A stretch of 62,877 nucleotides of DNA, filler included. It is 8 parts of 8 records of this genome, joined end to end, with 100 filler letters (N's around TTAATTAATTAA, not from the genome) between each part and the next. Parts side by side here need not be neighbours in the genome. Positions count along the whole stretch, not along the records: positions 51,881 to 59,079 come from SRR7504441_659; positions 59,180 to 62,877 come from SRR7504441_679; 6 more parts are not named here. One strand, written 5' to 3'. A program made the translations under genes and the position numbers. Of the stretch, positions 56,887 through 62,877 are shown piece after piece; position 1 is the stretch's first letter; each line of letters begins with the position of its first letter. The notes under the pieces are model-generated. The model made no database searches and had not been told where the DNA came from. It was given only the letters and a program-made list of their open reading frames with translations.

Positions 56887-58712
56887 TCAAGACTTCACTA
56901 GCAACGGAGGCCCTGTTGCTTGGTTTGGCTTATCCGCTGGCTGTGCGTGCCCGTGCGACCCCTCGAACGGTTCGATGGTCGCCTTAACAGTGGCCGGATG
57001 CCCCGCGATGATCGAATATGGTGGGAAATTACCACTTACCACCGACCCGGCCGCCACCAGCGAACCTCGCCCGATCCGCGTCCCGGGGAGGAGAATGCTC
57101 ATCGCAGAGATCCAGACCTGTCAGTCACGACTCAATCATAGGAAGTGCGTTTACAAGCCTGATCTTCGATGATAATGGGTCCGGGCTCGTGGCCGTCTAT
57201 TTCTGTCACTAGCAGCACGCGCCAGGACATGATCATGTTGCGACCTGGACATCCTCAGCTCTATCTGCGCGCTTTGGGCACCGAGTGTGATTGATCCTCC
57301 GGTTGCGAAGAGCTGGGACGAGTTATGTACAAACGAGTCCTGGGACATTCTAATGGTGTGCGGCGCAGTACCTGCCCAACTGAGGTCATCTTGGGGCTCG
57401 TGGCGAGGGCCTAGCTGTGGCCAGATGCCGTGTATATAGCACGACATGTTGACCAGGCAGGCCATGGAACAGGCTTTGCCTGGCTCAAAGAACGTGCATC
57501 AGGCGTCTAACTAGGCTACCCACAGCAGAAGAGCGGCGGGCCCCACGGAACTCTGTAGAATCCTATCTCAGGCGGCAGCAAGATCCTGCGGCCGCTTGCC
57601 CGCAGAGCAGCCCGGCACGCACCTGTCGAGCGCCCCCAGCGCCAGCAGCGAGTGCAGGTGGATCGGAGTGGCTGTTGGGGAAGCTGAGTCCAGTTGCAGC
57701 GGCCGGTTGTGCGCTAGTAGCTCTCTGCTACCAAATCACAGGCCAGGCCAGCCCAGCAGTGACCGTATCCTGGCCTCCAGCTGCGGTGGGATCAGCGGAC
57801 ACGTCTCCCTGCGCAATCAGTGAGCGCACAGTGGCCGCTGCGGCTGCCTCTCTGCCCGGTCCACGGGGCCGGCTTTGCTCACTACAGAGTAGTCAGCCAG
57901 CTGACAGTGGCTCAGGCAGGCCAGCGGCGCTGGGCGCCTGCTCTCTGCTCAGCACGTTTGCCCCAGCCAGCAGCACGGAATAGTCGCCCACGCTGGCGTG
58001 CTCGCCCACAGTGATTGGCTCCATCACCTCCGGCTCGCCCCCGATCCCGTGATGGTTCCGATCCATCACAAGACACGCCTTGCCCAGCACCGCGCCGGCC
58101 GAGATCACCACCTGGCCAGGCAAGCTCGCACTGGCCGCGGGACCGGCCCACCTGCACGCCTGACTGGACGATGCACCTGTCGCCCAGCACCGCCCCCTCC
58201 CCAATCACGATCCTGCCCCGGCGCTATGCCCCCCTTCCCCTCTCGGGCGCACCGCGAGCCTTCGGTGGTCCGGAATTCCAAATGTTCCCCGAGCACCTAT
58301 TCCCGATACCGCCCGGCCCAGCCGCAGACCCACCGCGGACGGGGCCACCACAAGGTTCTCGTCCCCTCCGCCGTAGCACCAGACCCGGGCCTGGTTGATG
58401 CAGCGCAGCCGCCAGGCCTCTTGCTTGTGCGGCTTGCGGTCAAACCTGCCGGGCCGATCGCCCAGGCCCGGGCGCGCCGCACCGGCCGAGCCGCATCTCC
58501 CCGACCAGGTCGGTCAACGGACTGGCCGCCTGGGGCGGGTCTGGGACTAGGAAGCGCATCAGCCGCTCCAGCCGGTGCATCTCAGTCGAGCCGCGCCGCC
58601 GGGAGCTGCCGGTGAGCGCCGGCCACTGGTGCAGCCTGGGCCAGGCCCGCGTCCGACCCCCGGCCCGCGGCGGCTGCGGATCCCCGAGGTAGTGTGTCCG
58701 CTCCTCCGGCAT
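56887..58712 (-). CDS. Left-handed beta-helix (hexapeptide-repeat) acyltransferase with repeated LbH modules, multi-exon
   Basis: IGEGAVLGDRCIV, MDRNHH...PITVGEHASVGDYSVLLAGANV and ILLPGTRIGRGSLVAAGSVVSGNFPPYSIIAGHPATV. Confidence 0.75.
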
Positions 58713-58812
58713 CGCTCACACAGTGACGCCTCCACCCGTGACGTCTCTCAGAGTTCCTGAAGGCTGCCGTTGTCAATCAAGGGCGGTAGGTTGCCTTAGA
58801 AGGTTGGGGCGC

Positions 58813-59079
58813 ATGGGTAACGCCCCGGAGCCTGCCAGCGCGGCGCCCGAGCCGACCAGCCCAACACCACCCATTGCTAGGACAGTAGCGTCGGGTCGAG
58901 AGGAAGACGAGGTTGAGATTCGGCTCGAGCTAGGCGCTGGGCCGGTCGGGCTGCGGCTGGATCGATCGCTGCGAGTTGCCACGGTGCACGATGGTGGGCA
59001 GGCCAGCCGTGGTGGGGTGCAGCCGGGCTGGCGGCTGACGCGTGTGGAAGTGAGCTCCGTCAGCAGTCGTTCCTCCCTT
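58813..59079 (+). CDS. PDZ-domain protein with a possible N-myristoylation site (3'-truncated)
   Basis: It starts MGNA and contains GPVGLRL...VATVHDGGQASRGGVQPGWRL. Confidence 0.65.
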
Positions 59080-59179
59080 NNNNNNNNNNNNNNNNNNNNN
59101 NNNNNNNNNNNNNNNNNNNNNNNTTAATTAATTAANNNNNNNNNNNNNNNNNNNNNNNNNNNNNNNNNNNNNNNNNNNN
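59080..59179. other. Artificial contig spacer
   Basis: N44-TTAATTAATTAA-N44. Confidence 0.97.
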
Positions 59180-59208
59180 GGGGGGGGGGGGGGGGGGGGG
59201 GGGGTTAC

Positions 59209-59555
59209 CAGATCATCTCCTGGATCAGCACTCCGGCCAGGTAGACCGACGCGGCATGTTCCGGATGTTCCGGTCCAAACACCGGCAGCTTGTACCTTCA
59301 CCCCCCACCCCTCTCAGCCCCCTCAAAGGGGGGGGGGGGTCTCATACCGGCCGCAGCCGTCGGCCCGCACTAAGGCCCACTCAAGCGCGGCCTCGCAGTC
59401 CGTTGCGGCGGCCAGGTAGGCGCGTTTGCCGAGCACGAGCGGCGCAAACCCGTGGTCTAGGGGGGCGGCCACCTGCGGGTGGGTTGGCTGGTCATGAAGG
59501 GGGGAGGGGGCGCCTGGGGCTTCTGGATGAGGAGGGCGGGGACGGCGGGGTCCAT
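59209..59555 (-). CDS. 5' part of a bacterial-type ROK-family protein (three exons, truncated at contig edge)
   Basis: The spliced peptide MDPAVPALLIQKPQ|VAAPLDHGFAPLVLGKRAY...LEWALVRADGCG|RYKLPVFGPEHP...YLAGVLIQEMIW resembles, from memory, the N-terminus of long bacterial ROK proteins. The catalytic part is not visible. Confidence 0.5.
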
Positions 59556-59998
59556 GGCGGCGGTCTAGATGTCTGCGGCCCCGGTCGGCCGGCCGCCGGC
59601 TGGGGCTTGCTACGTGTTGGCGCGAGCGAGTTAACTCCACTGAACGCGCTGTTTCTTTTTCTCTTTGTTTACGGTTGTGCAACTGGTGTGCAGACATGCT
59701 CGCATGCATGCTTGCGCAGTGCTTGCACTGTTTATTGTGCTCGATGGCGTAACGGTCGCCAGTCGTAGGTACCGGACGAGTCACAGTTAATAGTAGGTCA
59801 ATAGGTGACTCGTGCTGAGAAAGACTAATTGATAGATAGATACTGTAAGTATTAATATTATCGATTGAGTCTCTCTCTAGCTTTGGATCAACGCCGCCAC
59901 TGCACCTCCGCATCTGCGAGATTGATTTCATGGCTTAATTTATTTACCGCAACGGTTAAAACAGGCCCTATCCACAAGCCTTGCGGCCCTATGAACCG

Positions 59999-62877
59999 TC
60001 AGTAGTCGTCTTCCAGCTCTGACTCCATCCAGACTCCCCCACTCTCCAGGATGTTCAGCCCGCCCTCCAACTTCTTTATCAAACTCTCTCGCAGAGGCGT
60101 GTGCTTCCTCAAATTGCACTGCCCCCCCAAAGTCAGGCCATAGACTAATTATATATATTGCTACCATACTACTGCTATTAATACTCTAGTGTATATTAAT
60201 AACTGTCGAGTAGGCACCTCTTTGAGTGTTTTAATTCTCCCGGCCAGCTCCTGCACCGTAGGCGGCGGCTGCCCCCCGCTGTCAGCTGAGTCGTGCTGAC
60301 CGCGAGACGCAGACGCTGCCTCCGATGCACTGTGCGGAGTTCGCACCTTGGCCGTGGCAGGAAGCGATATCGGCGACCTGCCAGTTACTGTCACAGCAGG
60401 CAGCGACAATGGGGCAGTCACAGCGGAGAAGAGCCGAACGATTCGCGCGGGGATGAGCCAACGGAAGGCGTCCTGCCCGCAGTTAGTCAGTTAGCACCGA
60501 ACATCGGGCACAGCATCGCAGACGCAAACGATTCTCGTGGTGAGCTGCCGATGATCGGAGTCCTGCCAGTCAGTTGGTTGATTACACCCAGATTAGTCAG
60601 CTACAGCGGCGATGAGCCGAAAGAGCCTCGTGGCGAGGAGCCGAATGACGAGCCAAAAGACTCGCGGGCCGATCGGTTGCTCCGCGGGTTTAGTCGGTCC
60701 GGCATCTGCCATCGGGTTGGCAATTATTAAAAGTGACGGCCAGGCCGCACCGGGATGAAGGTCCCAGGCCGGGCGTCGGGGATCTCATCGAATCCGGCAA
60801 ACTGTGTTAACATACAGCGTTAACATATGTTAACATACAGAGTCAACGCGTGTTAACATATGCCACCTGGAGAGGGGTCGAGCTCATGTCGAAAGCCTCG
60901 TGCTGCTGCCTCGCAATCATCCGCCTGCCCAACCCTCACCACACACCCCATATGGGGGGGACGCACGCAGCGACTGACGGCGGGGTCGTGTATTCTGTCG
61001 TTGGTGGGTTTGAGACTGCGCAGCTGAAGAAAGAATGGCTGGCGGCCTCAGTCGGCGACATCCTGCGCCGGTGGTTACTACTGCGCAGCACGACTGTACC
61101 GAGTGTTGGCTGATGCAGCGAGCACTTTAAGCAGCAGCCCGGTCGCTGCAGCAGCCACACGGCTCAGCGCTGCGTGCGACCTTGAGAAGAGACCTCCGAG
61201 TTCCTCGAGCACGTAGCTCAGCACCGGCAAGAACAGCTGCAGGTCGTCACATCGTTCAATCATCACCTGTGACTCTTCCGTTAAATGTCCGTTAACGTTC
61301 GGTTGACCTCTTTCAGGTTTTTGCCGGCTTCCTCCTCCCCAAGAGTCTCTATGTCTAGAGAAGCCACAACTGACTCCTTCACCTGCAATTAATATTATTA
61401 ATTGAGCCTGGCTAAATTCAAATCGTCCAAGAGGCGCTGGCGACTAATCAATCAATCAGTGTTAAGGGCCGCACCGTTGCAGGCGAGAGCGAAGTCGGGA
61501 ACAAGAGATTCTCCCACTGCCAGTTAATTAATTAAAAGTCGGTTGTCAGTTAAAAGTCTGTTAAGACCTGGCGAAAGCCGTCGAAGCTCTTCTGATGCAC
61601 TCCGTAAAGCATTTCTACCAACAACACACCTGACCCACCATCATCTCCTATACGAATCGTCGTGATTATCATTACGTGCAGCAGCTAGTTAGTCACTATT
61701 GATGTGATTAGTATTAATCAAAGCGCTTACCGACGCCGAAAGTGTCGCAGCTGCCTCTTGGCTCATCATAGCGCATCTCCGCCCCTCCTCTCACCTGCCG
61801 CGCCTACCCAATCCTCACCGCACAGCCGTTATCGTTATTATTAATATAACGATTGTCCGTTACTTCTTGCCCGTACATGTCTGTCAAAGGGTCTGTGAAT
61901 TCCTCCAGCCATGACACTGCCTCCGCTCCCAGTACCTGCCTTGGCTCCCCCCCGTGGCTGGGTTTAACGGCACCCGAGACGGGTTCTCTATGTGCACTTC
62001 CCTCGGGTGGTAGTTATGCGTTCCATACACCGAGTCTGGCACCGCAAGACAAGGGTAACACCTGGTTAACGCTCATTAATCGGATCGGATTAAATCGAAA
62101 TTCACGTCCCAAAGTCGATCAACATCGCGTGCGGCAGCTCGCCGGTCGAATCCACCGCCACGTTCGCGAATTTTCTGCCGTTGATCAGTCCGTTAAATGC
62201 CGTTGGAACGCACATGTCGTGGTGACACATATGCGCCACCTCTGCCAGAAATCCGACCGCGCGAAACAGGTCCAAAGCCACCTAACTGAAATCTAACGGC
62301 AGGCAACGGCAGCGCCCCGCCTTCCGGCACCCCACGATGTACCCTGCTGCTGACAGCTGCCCGCCTGTCCACCGCAGTGATGAATGGGTGTCGGGGGCTG
62401 CAGCAGGGCTAGGCTACCCTTAAGATCGTCTACTCGCTTCATCTGATAATCAGCCAAGTCGTCGCCTGCCCCAACCGCAATCCCAACCGCCACCTCCCCG
62501 GCCCACCGCCGTGCGACATGACCAGCAACGGGCCTATCGAAGGCTGGTGGAACCCCAGAAGCTGCGGCAGGTGCGCCCGTCCGGCCCCGCCTGTCGACCA
62601 ACGGCAATCCCAACGGCAATTCAACGGCAATGCACCGTGCTGCCGATGCTCTCGATCAACGATCTGGAGCACATGCGCTTCGTGGATTATCTGAAACGAC
62701 ACTTTCCGCACAATAGCCTTCAGCCCGCCGCCCTGGCACCGGCCCACCCGGCGGCCGCACCTGCTTCATCACCGCCAACTCGCCCTGGCACCCAACGGAT
62801 CAACGGTTGCCGTTGGGATGCGGTTACCTCCGGCGTCCGCACCCGCAGCACCAGCCCTGCCGTTGGCGCGGTCAGAG
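59999..62877 (-). CDS. Intron-rich hypothetical protein (5'-partial) with Ser/Pro-rich GSSPRESF repeats
   Basis: The 3' exons join in frame across introns 60802-60866, 60563-60604, 60473-60511, 60378-60421 and 60119-60217, ending ...ELEDDY-stop at 59999-60001. Upstream exons are only partly traced. Confidence 0.6.

Noticed and set aside
15118-59179. Seven identical TTAATTAATTAA motifs flanked by N runs
   Set aside because: These are artificial six-frame-stop linkers joining contigs. They are not biological, and cross-linker gene neighbourhoods are meaningless.
59180-59204. 25-nt poly-G run
   Set aside because: It is at a contig edge inside a C-rich intron. Its length is unreliable and it probably caused the assembly break.
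60293-60730. + strand ORF with GEEPNDSRG repeats
   Set aside because: It is the antisense of the minus-strand GSSPRESF exons, which have proper splice signals.
1-62877. Autonomous mobile elements, rRNA, tRNA or prokaryotic operons
   Set aside because: I saw no transposase, reverse transcriptase, integrase or structural RNA signature. The enzyme behind the unusual introns is not identifiable in this window.

Overview
This is eukaryotic (protist-like) DNA, not prokaryotic. It consists of eight contigs joined by artificial 100-nt spacers (44 N + TTAATTAATTAA + 44 N), so adjacency across spacers carries no biological meaning. Genes are GC-rich, tightly packed and often head-to-head. Many are split by tiny (about 36-60 nt) GT-AG and GC-AG introns, which is why the ORF track is fragmented. 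Recognisable products include a TTC23-like TPR/EF-hand protein, a SUZ12-family VEFS-box protein with a PAH-like domain, ankyrin proteins, an LNS2/HAD protein, an SDP1/TGL-type patatin lipase, a P4-ATPase, a CS-domain protein, a rearranged LRR receptor-like gene, a tandem papain-like protease, an ADP-ribosyltransferase, TMEM43, a carboxylesterase, a GNAT, SCAPER, an LbH acyltransferase and a ROK-like fragment. The most striking signal is a cluster of three introns at 49578-50383. Each consists of a 40-46 nt AT-rich filler of iterated GTA(A)YA units, which supplies the GT donor, followed by a 16-35 nt duplicate of the upstream exon end, which supplies the branch point and AG acceptor. This looks like a repeatable intron-creation mechanism. 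Other notable signals are tiny introns whose ends base-pair, an inverted LRR exon+intron cassette inside an LRR gene, and the PAH-VEFS fusion. Splice models and family calls come from reading the sequence by eye; no database searches were run.
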